From Sarea resinae (taxonomy: Eukaryota): a stretch of DNA of 64,000 nucleotides. The position numbers were made by a program, and so were the translations under genes. The notes under the pieces are model-generated. The model did not search any database. It was given only the letters and a program-made list of their open reading frames with translations, and was not told the DNA's origin. The DNA lies in assembly GCA_026026165.1 (NCBI GenBank), contig JAPEUD010000096.1, positions 1 to 64,000 of the forward strand. The letters run 5' to 3'. Position 1 is the first letter of the stretch. Each line of letters starts with the position of its first letter. Positions 24,796 through 37,270 of this stretch are shown here, one piece after another.

Positions 24796-27399
24796 ATGCC
24801 AAAGGTCGAGAGCGAATTCATTGCCGTCGGCGGCAACAGGCACCCTGCTGCTGCCGACTGGGACCCCAATTGCCTCTTGCTTGCTTTCGGCGCTGATAAT
24901 GATGTCGCCCTGTGGGATCCCTTGGTACCATCTATCTCAGGCTTCATTGAATAGCCATTGTGCTCATACTTACTGCTTTCTACAGGATGACACGCACCCT
25001 GGCGTGCGGGCGCTTCTCTCAGGCCACACGGATAAGGTCACGGCGGTGAAATTTTTGCGCACCGAATCATCGGCGCAGCCCATCATTCTCAGTGGCTCGG
25101 TCGACAAGACAATACGAGTTTGGAGACCTGATCCTGATTCCCCAACAGCATGGCTTTCGGCAGCGGTAATCGTCGGCCATGAAGGATCGATCAATGCCAT
25201 TGCGGTGCTGCCAGGATCGAACGGCATCTTTGCTACAGGGGCTGCGGATGCAACGGTCAAAATATGGCAAATTAGCCTTACAGACGAGGGCATGTCGAAT
25301 GTTCTTCTGCAGACAATTGAGATTACCCCGCGCTTCTTTCCACTTGCGCTGGATTTGGGGCGACTGGACTGTGAGGGGTCTTGGATATTGGCAATCGCGG
25401 GAACGAAGTCGATTGTGCAGATATACGTCGCGAACTGTAATGAGTCGGGTGTCCGGACATTTCATCTTGCAGCAAACTTGTCAGGGCACGAAGGCTGGAT
25501 CCGGTCACTGGCCTTCGTCTATGAAGAGGAGGACGACCCTACTAGCGATCTTCTACTCGCGTCAGCAAGCCAAGATAAATACATACGGCTCTGGCGCGTG
25601 CACCAGGGTCCAGAATTACCGGCTGCCAATAATGCTGGGAATGATCCTGCGCTTGGCGCTCTAGGGAAATCGTTATCAAATAAGGCACATCGCTTCGAAT
25701 CGGGGGGGAAAAGGTATTCGGTCACTTTCGAAGCGCTGCTTCTGGGTCATGACGATTGGATCTACACAGCCTCCTGGCGGCCTTGGAAGGGTGGCTTACA
25801 ATTACTCTCCGCCTCCGCTGATAACTCGCTCGCCATCTGGGAGCCAGATTCCAGCTCCGGCGTTTGGGTGTGCATTGCGCGCCTTGGTGAAATAAGCGCG
25901 CAAAAAGGCTCGACGACGGCCACGGGGAGCACTGGGGGCTTCTGGCAGGGGCTTTGGTCGCCCTCAGGAATGTCGGTCGTCAGCTTGGGGCGGACAGGCA
26001 GTTGGAGACTCTGGACACTCGACGAAGCTCAGGATCGCTGGATCCAAGGCATTGCCATCAGCGGGCACGTCAAGCCTGTAAACGGGATTGCGTGGGATGT
26101 CAATGGTGACTATCTCCTATCTACTAGCTCAGACCAGACGACTCGACTATTTGCGGAGTGGCAGCGTGGCCAGAAACGTTCCTGGTACGAATTCGCCAGG
26201 CCTCAGATACACGGCTACGACCTCAACTGCATTGACAGTCTTGGCGGGTCAAGCTTTATCTCCGGCGCTGACGAGAAGCTGCTCCGCGTATTTGAGGAAC
26301 CCAAGGCTGTGGCAAATTTGTTGTCGAAGCTGTGTGGTATTGACGCCGGAGCAGAAAACGAGGCCATGCCTGATGCAGCGAACGTGCCTGTTCTAGGCCT
26401 TTCCAACAAAGCCATTCAAGCCGTCGAGGATGGATTACTTGTGTCAAATGAAGACCAGGACGCCCGAGAGCGAGTGGACCCTGCATCTGTCGTACACAAA
26501 TCCACTCTCGACCTCGCCCATCCCCCCTTCGAAGATCACCTTGCGCGACACACCCTGTGGCCTGAGAGCGAAAAGCTGTACGGTCACGGCTACGAAATCT
26601 CCACCGTGGCGGCAAGTCATGATCGCAGTCTTGTGGCCACGGCATGTAAAGCCAGTTCTGTCGATCATGCGGTCATACGATTGTACGATACGCAGGAGTG
26701 GCGAGAGATCAAACCGGCTCTGATGGCGCATTACTTAACGGTCACCAGCCTGAAATTCTCGAGTGATGATAGGTATCTGCTTAGTGTGGGACGGGATCGC
26801 CAGTGGGCGGTGTTTGAGCGAGCTGAGACCGTAGAAGAGGGATATAAACTTGTGACTTCAAATCCCAAGGGACATTCGAGGATGATTCTGGATGCGTCGT
26901 GGGCTCCCGCGGAGGCTGGTCGTATCTTTGCGACCGCGGGACGGGATAAATCTGTGAAAATATGGGAGCAGGTGAATGAAAAGGAGTTCGTGTGCAAAAC
27001 CACAATTTCGGCGACGCACCCGGCCAATGCGGTTGATTTTCTGCCGAGATTCTACGGCGCTGCAGGCAAGCTTTATCTTGCTTTCGGGACCGAGGCTGGC
27101 GGAATCACGATCTGTGGGTTAGACAGAGCGACTCTTGCCGCTGTGAATGTGTGCGAGCTAGACTGGAGGTTTGTCTCTGTTGTCCCATCAGTGCGTTTCT
27201 CGTGCTAATGATTGCTTCAAGGATCGTCCCGTCGAAATCTATCAGTCAGCTATCCTGGAGACCTTACCGGCCCGGTTCCAAAGGTGTCAATGAGACGACG
27301 ACAGATGATGGCGCAGAGGCTGAGGAGGATTATCACCTCGCTATAGGCAGTGAAGATAGTTCTTTGCGTGTCTATTCCGTATCCGATCTGGCGTTTTGA
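24796..27399 (+). CDS. ELP2: Elongator complex subunit 2 (WD40)
   Basis: Exons about 24796-24924, 24986-27168, 27222-27399. GGNRHP, SASQDKYIRLW, ARPQIHGYD and TLWPESEKLYGHGYE motifs. Confidence 0.96.
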
Positions 27400-28677
27400 T
27401 TAGTACGACTGCCCTGGAGCAATGATGGCGGACTCAATCGAGCCTTCAGAACGCAGCAATTCCGTTCAACTATGAAATTACCCACCTTGCCACGCGACCT
27501 ACTTTAACGCTCTGCTATAATAGTAGATACAGTCACGCCTTCTCAAAGTATCTCTGTGAACATGTTCCTGTGGAGATACACTAAGGTGGAAAAGTGCCTA
27601 CGAGTGCGAGTTCGTGTGCGAGTGTGTATAAGTGCTGTATGAGTGCTGTTGCAAGAGAGCTTTTTGAGTGGGTGCAGATCCAAAAAAAAAAAATATGTAT
27701 ATTCTTTCAATCCCATCTTCTCTTCTCAATAAGTGGAATTGTGTCAGAATCTCCGTTTTCCCCTGTGGAGAGTGTCAGATAAGGACAGCAGGGAAATAGA
27801 ATTTTCGACGTGCCTTGCTTAAATGTAGCACGAGAGTTCAACGAGCCGTAGCCTCACTCCCTATGAGAACCAGAAAAGGGACCTGCGCTTTTTGTTGTGC
27901 TTTTGCTGTTTTAGGGAGGATGTAGATTTCAGGGGTTGGTCACTCGAGGGTACCATCCTCGAGACATCGCCGCATAGCTGCGAGTGCGATTCTTGTCAAA
28001 GACAACACTTCAATCCGTCTCGCGAGTCAGTCCGCCATACCTGGCTGCAGCCAAAGTATTGCAGCTCATTGTAAATTCAAGTAGGTGAGTATATCACACC
28101 GAACCTGAAATGATGCCCCGGCTGACGGTCTATTACATATTATGCTAGGAAAGTGCTGATTGCTGCGCTCTATAGATGTTTGGCAAAGGCTTTGCGAAGT
28201 GAAACACTGCTGATCCTACCCACCTACTTCATGTAAGTTATTGAGTAACAAGTTTGTGAGATCACGCGCGATACAAGGCCAAATAGCAACTTTCTGTTAG
28301 GCTCAGTAATTCTTGAGTGCTAACGTGATATGCTGATGGAATCTGCCGCGGTGGTATAGGTATTTACCATCAGACAGGTTGAAAGACAGGCAGCAAACAC
28401 CGCTGTCAAAGTATTGAGACGCTGTCTTCTCCAAGCTCGATCTAATTCGTCTGCTATGACATGTTGAATTCAAAACGCCGATTCCGATGCAAACAGTCCG
28501 TTGAATGACCTGTCATGGCGCCGTTGAAGATGCATGTCCCGTCCATATGCCTCAGTATGAGTGCAATGCTGTTGAATCCCATTCACAAACCGAAAAGGAG
28601 CGCCTCTCGTCATCGCTCTAGGAACTCCCTTGAAGAGTTCCGTAGCCCTCAAAACCCACATCTTGTCCCAGCCCCTT

Positions 28678-28678
<1 letters not shown>

Positions 28679-28727
<49 letters not shown>
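28679..28727. repeat. Homopolymer C49 (G49 on the CAF16 sense strand)
   Basis: Direct count, 14 bp past the CAF16 stop codon. Confidence 0.85.
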
Positions 28728-28729
<2 letters not shown>

Positions 28730-28741
28730 TCACACAGCGCA

Positions 28742-29652
28742 TTATGTCTTTTTCTCATTGCCATAACCACCCTTCCCCTCCAAACTCTCATAGGCTTTTC
28801 CCTCCCCCTTTCCTCCTCTCCTAGGGCCCCTCTCCTTCAAATCCTCCTTCAGCCACTTCAGTACCACCTCTCCTAGCCGACTATTTCCTGTTGGGCTCTC
28901 ACCATCCTCAATAGCAGCAACCTCCTCTATGGGCCCCCACTGCTTCACCCTTCCAAGGCTCATATGTACGAGATGAGTCGGCCAGCCTGCCAGATTATCC
29001 AGTATATGCGTCGCGTACACAATCGTACATGGCCTCGTCTCGGTCTCGCGCTTCAAGAACCCTAAGAAGTCACTCCGGCTTAAAAGATCTAGATCCACAG
29101 TGATCTCATCTAGCAATAACACGGACCAAGGCCGCAGTAGTCCCATGGCCAGCTGGACTCGGCGTCTCTCGCCATCGCTGACGGTATGCATGCGCCAGCT
29201 GAGATCTATGTCGAGAATCCCCACTAGCTCGTCACGGCGCTCGGTGTAATAGTCACCGCCTACGGAGGCCAGCAGCGTGGGCACGTCGATGTCGGTGCGC
29301 ACGATGGGGTTGAGGACCCATTCGAGACCGAGGTAGGTCACTCCCTCTAGGCCGTCTTTGAAAGGATCGACGCCCGCAATTGAGACTGTGGCGGTAGGGG
29401 CGAGACGTTTGCCAGAGAGGAGTCGGAGGAGGGTGGTTTTGCCCGCTCCATTTGCTGTGAAGGAGTTGAAAAGCGTTAGAGATTCAAGGGCAGATATTGT
29501 GGACTTCAGAACGAAGTCTTACCTCCTATTAGGAGTGTGCGACTGCCTGGCGGGAGATCGAGAAGCACGTCTTTCAATCCGGAGCTTCTGTCCGGAAATA
29601 AGTAGCTAAGTCCGCGGACAGAAATCGATGGCGCGCGCGATTCGGCAGCCAT
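28742..29652 (-). CDS. CAF16: Soluble ABC ATPase, CCR4-NOT-associated factor Caf16-like
   Basis: Two exons (intron about 29455-29522). Walker [10 protein letters not shown], signature [11 protein letters not shown], Walker [13 protein letters not shown]-loop YATHI; no transmembrane domain. Confidence 0.9.
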
Positions 29653-29925
29653 TGTGGATCGAGGAGAGAGGGGATTATTTCGATCTGCCTTTGGATGAAA
29701 GAGAGGAGTTGGGCGCTGCCTGTGGTGAAGGGAGACTGGAGAGTACCAATTGCTGGTGGGCGGACTGCCCCTCCATGAGTGAGGTCTAGAGCACGGGCAT
29801 GTTTGGGTGGTGAGTCATGGACGATGCACAATCCATACCCGATGCATGATCCAATGCATAAGGTAAACTTCGTACTTTGTGCGTTCCTAACCGTGATGAA
29901 GTACGACGTAGTACGGCGATACTTC

Positions 29926-29934
29926 ATTGTCTGC
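29926..29934 (+). repeat. Left 9-bp target-site duplication ATTGTCTGC
   Basis: Identical to 37751-37759 and directly abuts the left TIR. Confidence 0.93.
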
Positions 29935-29955
29935 TTACCTCAGCATGCTCAGACC
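29935..29955 (+). repeat. Left terminal inverted repeat
   Basis: TTACCTCAGCATGCTCAGACC is the reverse complement of 37730-37750 with 1 mismatch. Confidence 0.92.
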
Positions 29956-30021
29956 TCGCTTGGTCACGTGGTCCGCTAAGCACGGACCACTATTGCCTAA
30001 CTAGGCAATTGACTAGCTAGA

Positions 30022-30060
30022 GGTCTAAGGCACTTTTGACTGACTTTGTATAGGCTAAGC
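30022..30060 (+). repeat. Left subterminal inverted repeat (pairs with about 37609-37646)
   Basis: GGTCTAAGGCACTTTTGACTGACTTTGTATAGGCTAAGC versus reverse complement AGTCTGAGGCAGATTTACTAACTTTGTATAGACTGAGC; most mismatches are G/A transitions. Confidence 0.85.
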
Positions 30061-30183
30061 AGGTTATTTATATAGAGGCGATTATTATCAACTTTAAACT
30101 ATAAGATATCTGCAACTATAACGCTGTCTGCAATAAAAAGAGGCTGAAAAGAAAGGTCTAGATCTGCTCTATATTTGATTAGA

Positions 30184-32985
30184 ATGTTAGCATCTGCTCC
30201 TTTTTCTAGAACTAGCAAGAAGCGCTATAGGATAGAGGCTTTATCTGCTATAGATACACTTTAGAGACTACAAACTCTACTATCTGCACTGCAGTTATAG
30301 CCTAATCTTAATTCGCCACTATTACTACTATTATTAATACATCTGCTATCACTGCTTAAGGTGCCTGATTTGCTATTATTGTCTTTAGATTTGCTTTTAA
30401 CACCTAAGTTATCTGATTCGCCTATATATCTACTATTATATTCGCGTTTATCGCCTAAGATATCTGATCTACTACTGTTATCTTCTCCTTCTACTTTATC
30501 TCCTAATACAACTAAGCGTTTAAGCCTAGAGGAAAAGGTCTAAGGCATCCTAAGGTAACTGCAGGAATAGCAGATAACACCTATCTGCTTTATACAACTC
30601 TAGCTAGAGAGCACTGTAGAATGTAATAAGCAGCAGCAGATAAAGAGAAGAGAAGACCTTCTTAACCTTATCCTTAGTTATAAGGGTCTTTATACACTTC
30701 TAATTAGTGCAGACAAAGGCTAAGCTGCAGTTATTAACAGCGCTATTACTCTTGTCTGTAATAAGCTAGACAGGCTGCAGAGCGAATGTCTGTTGTTTAG
30801 GCAATACAATAAGGACCTAGGTTTTAAAGAGCTTAATATCTCTAGCACTGCAGACACTATTAAGCGGATAGCGCCTATGCTTACACGTCTTATCTGTAGT
30901 GTAGCAGAGGCAAAACAGTCTAGCACTGTGTATTAGCAGAGAACTCTAGCAGATAAAGGCTGAATAGTTATAACTATATTAATACTAAGCCTTAGCTGTT
31001 TAAGGACTTCTATAAACTGTTTCGCGCGCCTGTTAGGACTATATTTAAAGGATATAAGGCTAACCTGCTAAGCGTTAAGCGTGCTGCATAGCCTTAGACT
31101 TATAGACAGATATTGCACAATTAATATGCAGAAGCTGCAGATATTAGAGCAGAGCAAGGAACGTGATATTAACGCCTTCTATTTAGCAGACCTAGCTAAC
31201 TAAAACAAGGCAAATATCTCCTCTGCAGTGCAGACATAGGATTTTATAGTGGTCTATAATAACTTTAAGTAGCAACAAAGGGTGCGACACTAGACTATAG
31301 GTAATACCAGAGATTTTTGTTTATATATGACTAGAAAGCTACTATACAAACAATGCTTGCTAAACAGACCACTTACTTAAGACATATACTATCTAGATAT
31401 CTGTATAGAGGTAATAGATCTGCTTAAGGCAGATAGGAATTTCATAGACAAGACATAGACTAAGATATTAACTCACCTTATTGCTAGTTCTATCTGCGCA
31501 GCGTTTCTAGAACAGACAGAGGCTATATTTGCAGCAGATAGTATTTAATTCCTACAGATGCTATGCGTTAATGTTCTTCTGCTCTTACAGACAGAGCATC
31601 TCACACTAGGACTAATTACTAAGAGTAAGGGTTCTATTTTAGGCACATATAATGTGCTTAACAACATATTTGTCTGCTAGCTTAGCTAAGATACAGTCAA
31701 CTTTAAGAAACAGTTAGTCTTAATATTTAGAGATTAGAAAACAGCAAGCCTTATCTGCTCTTGCTAAATTAAGCAGGTAGAGGCAGCAGATACCTACAAT
31801 CGCCTTACCTAGGCATTACTAGTGCCTAGTCTCTTCTACTTGCAGATAAACCTTTTAGCATTAATTGTTAGGTCACATTATAGTAGAGAGAGTAATATCT
31901 AGCAATACTTAACTCTCTATTCGCATATTAACTTCCTTAGCTGTTAGAATATACCTGTAGATAAAGCGCTATTCTACTACTAGCAAGAACTAGTCTAGCA
32001 TAGCTTTTAGGCGCAGATTGTTACTCTATTTATATCGGATTTGCCTGCTAGATTTAAGAACAGGTATAAAGGTTAGATAGCTAAATATATCTGCTAACTA
32101 AGTCCTACAGATTTTCTTTAACAGGTAGAGGATATCTGCTAAAGAGTCTTTTCTACTACTGCCTATTAGGAACTAGCCTAGTACAAAACAAGCAAGGACC
32201 TAGCAGATATAGCTTCTTTAGCGCCTAATCAAAAGCGAAGCTCTTATAAACAGCGTTTGCTGCATGATTTAGAGTATTCTAATTATATCTGCTTCTTACA
32301 CTACGTTAAGACATATATAACGTTAAGGCATGCTATTAAACGCGCAGATATTAAGTTGCTCTACTATGTTATTGCTTGTAGCTGTCTATATTTCAGTAGG
32401 AGTTTATTGCATAACTACTTGCAAGAAATGATTTGTCTTTAGCGGCTAATATCTACTCCTATCTGTGATTGATATCTGTAGTAAGCGATCCTTACAAACA
32501 GTCTTATCAGCAACTATACTAGATTAGACGCCTTCTTTAAGGTTGATTGATTAAACAAACTCCTAAACCTTAAGCTAAAGACTCTTTTACAGACAAAAGG
32601 CAACTTAACATTTGATGTAACAGCGCTGTTTAAATAGTTAGTGTTAATAAGCAGCTATCTTACTCTGCTGCAGGCTTAGTTCGAATTCTCGTTTAGCAAG
32701 CAGATTAACGCATCTTATCTAGATAGGTCTGCTGCAGAAGATATTAAAAGTCTTGCTAATCTAATCGCTTAAGATTTAATTATCTGCTGCTAAGATTGCT
32801 TATCTATGCATGTTACACCTAGTCTACTGCAGTTAGGCGTTAATCAATTAGCGCGCAGAGGATTACCTTTATTTAACAGCAGATATATAGAACTAGGCGA
32901 CTAAGTTGTTAGAGATATTAAGGAGGATATAGTGCAAGCCTTAGTAGGCTTAGACATAAGCATTTACTTGTATATCTGCTATTAA
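30184..32985 (+). pseudogene. RIP-decayed DUF6589/Academ-like transposase (limits approximate)
   Basis: One frame; de-RIPed residues in brackets. VVY[D]NF[E][W]QQRVRH[Q]T at about 31249-31296; F[G]D[Q]KT at 31726-31743; VP[G]LF[H]LQ[M]N at 31822-31851; LRHAIKRADI...NY..E at about 32320-32430; VD[R]LN[E]LLNL at 32542-32571. Confidence 0.75.
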
Positions 32986-33669
32986 TATACAGTTATATTG
33001 ATATCTTGTTAGGCGCAGGATATATAGCGTGTGCAGCTAGGGCACAGCAGATATTCTATAGTGTAATGTTCTAATATTATCACTCTATAATATTATGTTC
33101 GCAGGTAAAAGACTTGATTTAATACTAGAAAACGCGTGACAGCACTAACACGCTAATAAACTAACTACTAAGCTAACTACTAGGCTCTACAGCAGACAAT
33201 AGCTAATATCTTAAGGATGTTTCTAGATACCTGCGCTACTTCTACTCTAAGGTAGGTCACTTCTACACCTAGGTCTACAACCTGCTGTTCTATAGCACCT
33301 TGTCCTAGTGCAGATAGCATGATTAATTCGCTGCTAGTGCAGATATTTGTCAAAGGCGTTATAGTAGGCTGTATAGGTGCTTGCTTAGTGATATCGCTCT
33401 CCTTAACAGGCTTTTAACTGTCCTTCTTACAGCTCTATATACTACATCAGCTTATACCTAATAAGTGCAGATAGATCTGTTATACCTTCTTTTGCAGTAG
33501 ACTATTGTCTTAATTATTATTTGCTTGTTTAGCTAATTAATGTGTCACCTGCTGCAGAGGAGGTTGCTCTTAATATAGGGTTAGTGATGTTTAATATCTG
33601 CACTGCTAATCTGCTTACAGGCTGTGTATTATTGTCTTTGTTATTATTGTCTGTGTCTGCATTATAGCG

Positions 33670-33786
33670 GCACAGTTTGCCTGCTACACAGCACCCTACA
33701 CAGTTGTCCTCTAGCTTTACTATCTGCCTTTTTAGCCTACTCTAATAGATTATACATAGAATGCCCTTATTAACACACCTTTTGCA
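33670..33786 (-). pseudogene. Zn(II)2Cys6 (GAL4-type) cluster remnant inside the transposon; full gene limits unresolved
   Basis: Translates CKRC-VNKGIL-C-x17-CVGC-CVAGKL-C (C-x2-C-x6-C-x17-C-x2-C-x6-C) with one RIP-type stop. Preceded by a plausible short intron at about 33808-33849. Confidence 0.6.
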
Positions 33787-34747
33787 TTTCCTAGTGAGTG
33801 AAACGCCCTAGTACAGATTATTTACAATGAGATTAGTGTGAGTATATACCTTTTAGCAAGTCTCTAAAAGGCTATCCTACACAGCTAGATTAGGGGCTAG
33901 CTAGTCAGGCTGAATTAGACAGCAGATATCCTATGTACTATCCTAAAAAGTAGACTAGCTTAGTAGCAGACTATCTAGAGAGAGTGTCTAAGCTAGTTAA
34001 GCTAGCTAAGCTAGTAGAGAGAGTGTCTAGGGCAATAGAGATAGCGTCTAAGGCAGTAGAGACTGTAGAGACATTAGTGACTGCAGCAAAGATAGTTTAT
34101 CAGACAGCAGAGATAGCAGGCTACGCAGTATAGACAGTACAGTATTACTAGGAGAAGCAGCTATGTTCTTAACGCTTGCTAGATTATCTAAACGCAGGTT
34201 CTTATTGTAGGCAGCTACCTCTTTTGCTGCCTCTATCTCTTAGCGGCTAAAATGCAGCTGTCTTATTAGCTGCAGCTGACTAAGTCATTTATAGGGCAGA
34301 TCAATATACTAGAAGTAATAACAGTAGTCTGCTAACATTTGCTGCTACTCTTACTATCTTATTTGTCTTAACTATCTCTCTGCTGTTATTATATTAGTTG
34401 TTGTCTTAGATAATAACCTTAGGCTATAGCCTATAAGGGTCCTAGTGCTCTAGCCCTCTCCTTAATCACAGCCTTAACGTACTAGTTTAATTCATTATTG
34501 TCTGCTTTACTAGGCAGTATCTTAGTAGCTGTTTAACGCTAATATAATCGCTGCTAATAGGCTGTTAATAAGGGTAGTAATAATGTTAATAATGATAATA
34601 CTAATAATATTAATAATAATAATGCTAATAATGTTGATAAGGATGTTAATAAGGATGTTATAGTTAGGTAGGTTATAAGACAAACAAAGAGGTTAAATGC
34701 AAAGGTGTGCTGCTAACTAATGCAGCTATACAAGCAAATAGCTTTAC

Positions 34748-34849
34748 ATTCACTGTTATTTAGTCTGCCTTTGTTTACCTTCTTTGTTTGCTGTAGATAT
34801 TCACTGCTATTTAGTCTGCCTTTGTTTACTTCCTTTGTTTGCTGCAGAT
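34748..34849. repeat. 51-bp tandem duplication inside the transposon
   Basis: Two units (34748-34798 and 34799-34849) differing only by C/T transitions. Confidence 0.9.
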
Positions 34850-34999
34850 ATTTCTATTTATATTAATAGGAGCTAATAGCTGCTGTCTCTTTAGTGCCTT
34901 ATCTAACGCTAACTTGTTAATAGTCATTGATTTACAGCGATAATTAGTGGCTGTTAGCAGCTAGTTAGACAGTTGATTTAACTCTAGTAGCGTTAGTAA

Positions 35000-37270
35000 C
35001 AAAGGAGAATTAGCTATAATTAGTGCATCCCTATATAAACGCAGAACCTAACTATCTGCGCAGATAAACGCTGCTAATAAGTCTAGATCAGCCTTATTAA
35101 AGTCTCCTCTATCCTATTCTGCATAGCAAAGCAGCGTTTCTACGTTGTAGATACTATGCTTCTAATTGCATATCTGCTAAACAACATTAGATAAAATCAC
35201 ATATCCTAGGACTAGGATCTAAATTATATCGCTGTATTTTGTCTACGCCTAGTCTAATATCTATTGCTTAATCTAGCTGATTAAGTGCTTGTTGTTCTTT
35301 AACTGCAGCATATCACTGCTAAATAGTCTAAAGTCAGGCCTTTTAGACAGCTAAAGTTCTAGATTGCAGTTCGAACAGCAGCGTCTGCTAGGAACAGGCT
35401 CTTTAGTGCTATTATCTGCTAAGTCTTTGTTAAAGGTCTGTAGGAATATCTGCTGCAGGCAAGCCTTTTCCTTGTTTGCAAAGTTATATAGCAGATGTAG
35501 AAGGTCTGCTCTCTGTTTATACACGCTTCTAGGCCTTAAATCTGCAGGACAAGGCCTTAATTCAGCAGGTAGAGCTACACGCGATCCTCCTAGAGTTAAT
35601 TCTTATATAGTCTGTAGTTGACTATCTGCTTTGTCTAGTAGTGCGATTAAGGCAGAGATAGAGACATTACTTATATTGTTAGAATCCTTACTATCTCTGC
35701 AATTGTATTCTTAACTTAGCTGACTTAACTAGGATAAGGAAACAAGCGTCTGCGCTGTAGTAGCCCTAATCTGCTACTAACTGTTAGTCTTGCTAATACC
35801 TCTAAGGTTTGTCTGCACCTTTAGACCCTTACACTAGTCATTAACAAGCAGTATTGCCTTACTCTTCTAACTGCTACTGCGTGCTGCACGACTAAAACGT
35901 TGCTAGACTAGGCTTGCAAGGCGGTTGCAGAACAGACTAAAGTAGATAACACGCTTAATATCTGCAATATCTGCTCCTTATACAACTGTATTAGAGCAGA
36001 ACAATACCTAGATCCTAGACAGTTATTCTGTTTATGCTATATCTGCTCCTTATTGTTTGTTGCAAGCGTAGCATAGTATACTCTAATAGTCTGCATTGCT
36101 AGCTGCGCTAGATATCTACGCTCTTACAACTATCTACGCACCTTGTTATAAGCTTTCTTTAGCAATCGCTTGCTGTTTATAAAGACAACTGTCTTTGTTA
36201 TCTGCTGCAGAGTTAGACAATCATTCTAGTAATACTAACTAGCATATTAACCTAATGCTAAACAGTCTAGACTAAGCGCAGCTGATGCTATAGCGTCTAG
36301 TCTGCTAGTCCTAGACGTTACATCTGCAGCAGACAATAGAGTATCCCTAATACTAGCGCTACAGCCTTTAATAATAAAGTAGAGGCAATTAAACAATCGC
36401 TTATTACCTCTGCGTATATATTCTTAGACGATTACTAGTTCTAGACAATTAATAGAAGTGTAGACAACCTTAACATCTTCTCTAAAGCCTGTAAGTCAGT
36501 GTATATCTACAAACGTATCATTATCTAGCGTTGTAGTGCAGGCGAACTAGGGCTTAGTTCTAAGTAATCTGTGCAGTATACTAAGACTAGTATAAGAACA
36601 GCAGAAGAAGGACTAATTTGACACTAGATACACCTTATCTAAGACTACTAGCGATATCTGCGCCTGCAGTCTAATATCCTTCTATATCTGCTCTAATTTT
36701 AGGCTGACAGCTAGTTCTAGCGATATTAGGATATAGGTATATTTGCTTATACAGACAGCCTTAAGCAGCAGATAGTTGTTATTATCTCTTGTTATATAAA
36801 CAAGCTTTATACTAGTGAGTCCTCTTATCTATATAGTCTGCTCTTTGCTAATCTTATTTAACAGAAGGATAATAAGAACTATAGCCCTACAGACTAGGTA
36901 TAAGAGCGACTGCATTATTATACTCTTTCTAAACAAGGTCTTAGCGATAAGGAATAAGTCTTGCTTAGTATATAGCAACTAGCAGAGTGCTATTAGCTGC
37001 CCTAGCTGTCTGCTATATAGATATATCGCGTAAATAATAGCGTTAATAGCCTCTTATTGTTCCTCCTTATTTGTATTATAGAGCTGTTAAATGTTATCTT
37101 ATAGCTTCTATATTTAACGCTCTTTGTCTGTTAACAGTCTATTATAGGCTATTCTATTGCGCTGTTATTACTCTATCTCTTTATCTACCTTATAGTTATA
37201 TAACTCTCTGCAGGTGTGTTTCTTTAGCAGCATCTAACCTAAGCAATAACAGCAGATATAGTTAATAGCA
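35000..37270 (-). pseudogene. RIP-decayed RecQ-like superfamily 2 helicase (limits approximate)
   Basis: Walker A LIAKT[S]F[G]KS at about 36922-36951; motif Ia IIL[P]LNKI[G][E]EQ; ILIS[P]E; motif II VLD[E]V[H]LVSN[W] at about 36616-36645; motif III [W]FACT[A]TL; motif VI [W]QRF[G]RAAR at about 35880-35906; Zn module CCSNCN[P] at about 35360-35380. Confidence 0.85.

Noticed and set aside
24821..24985. ELP2 start at 24821 as given by the ORF track
   Set aside because: That frame reads through an intron; the conserved N-terminus (GGNRHP) is in another frame starting at 24796.
28470..28824. Poly-Pro and poly-Gly ORFs
   Set aside because: Artefacts of the C49 homopolymer.
32257..37265. Short ORF-track calls inside the AT-rich block (32257, 35364, 37071) as functional genes
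   Set aside because: They are RIP-fragmented remnants or antisense noise; only 32257-32442 is in the decayed transposase frame.
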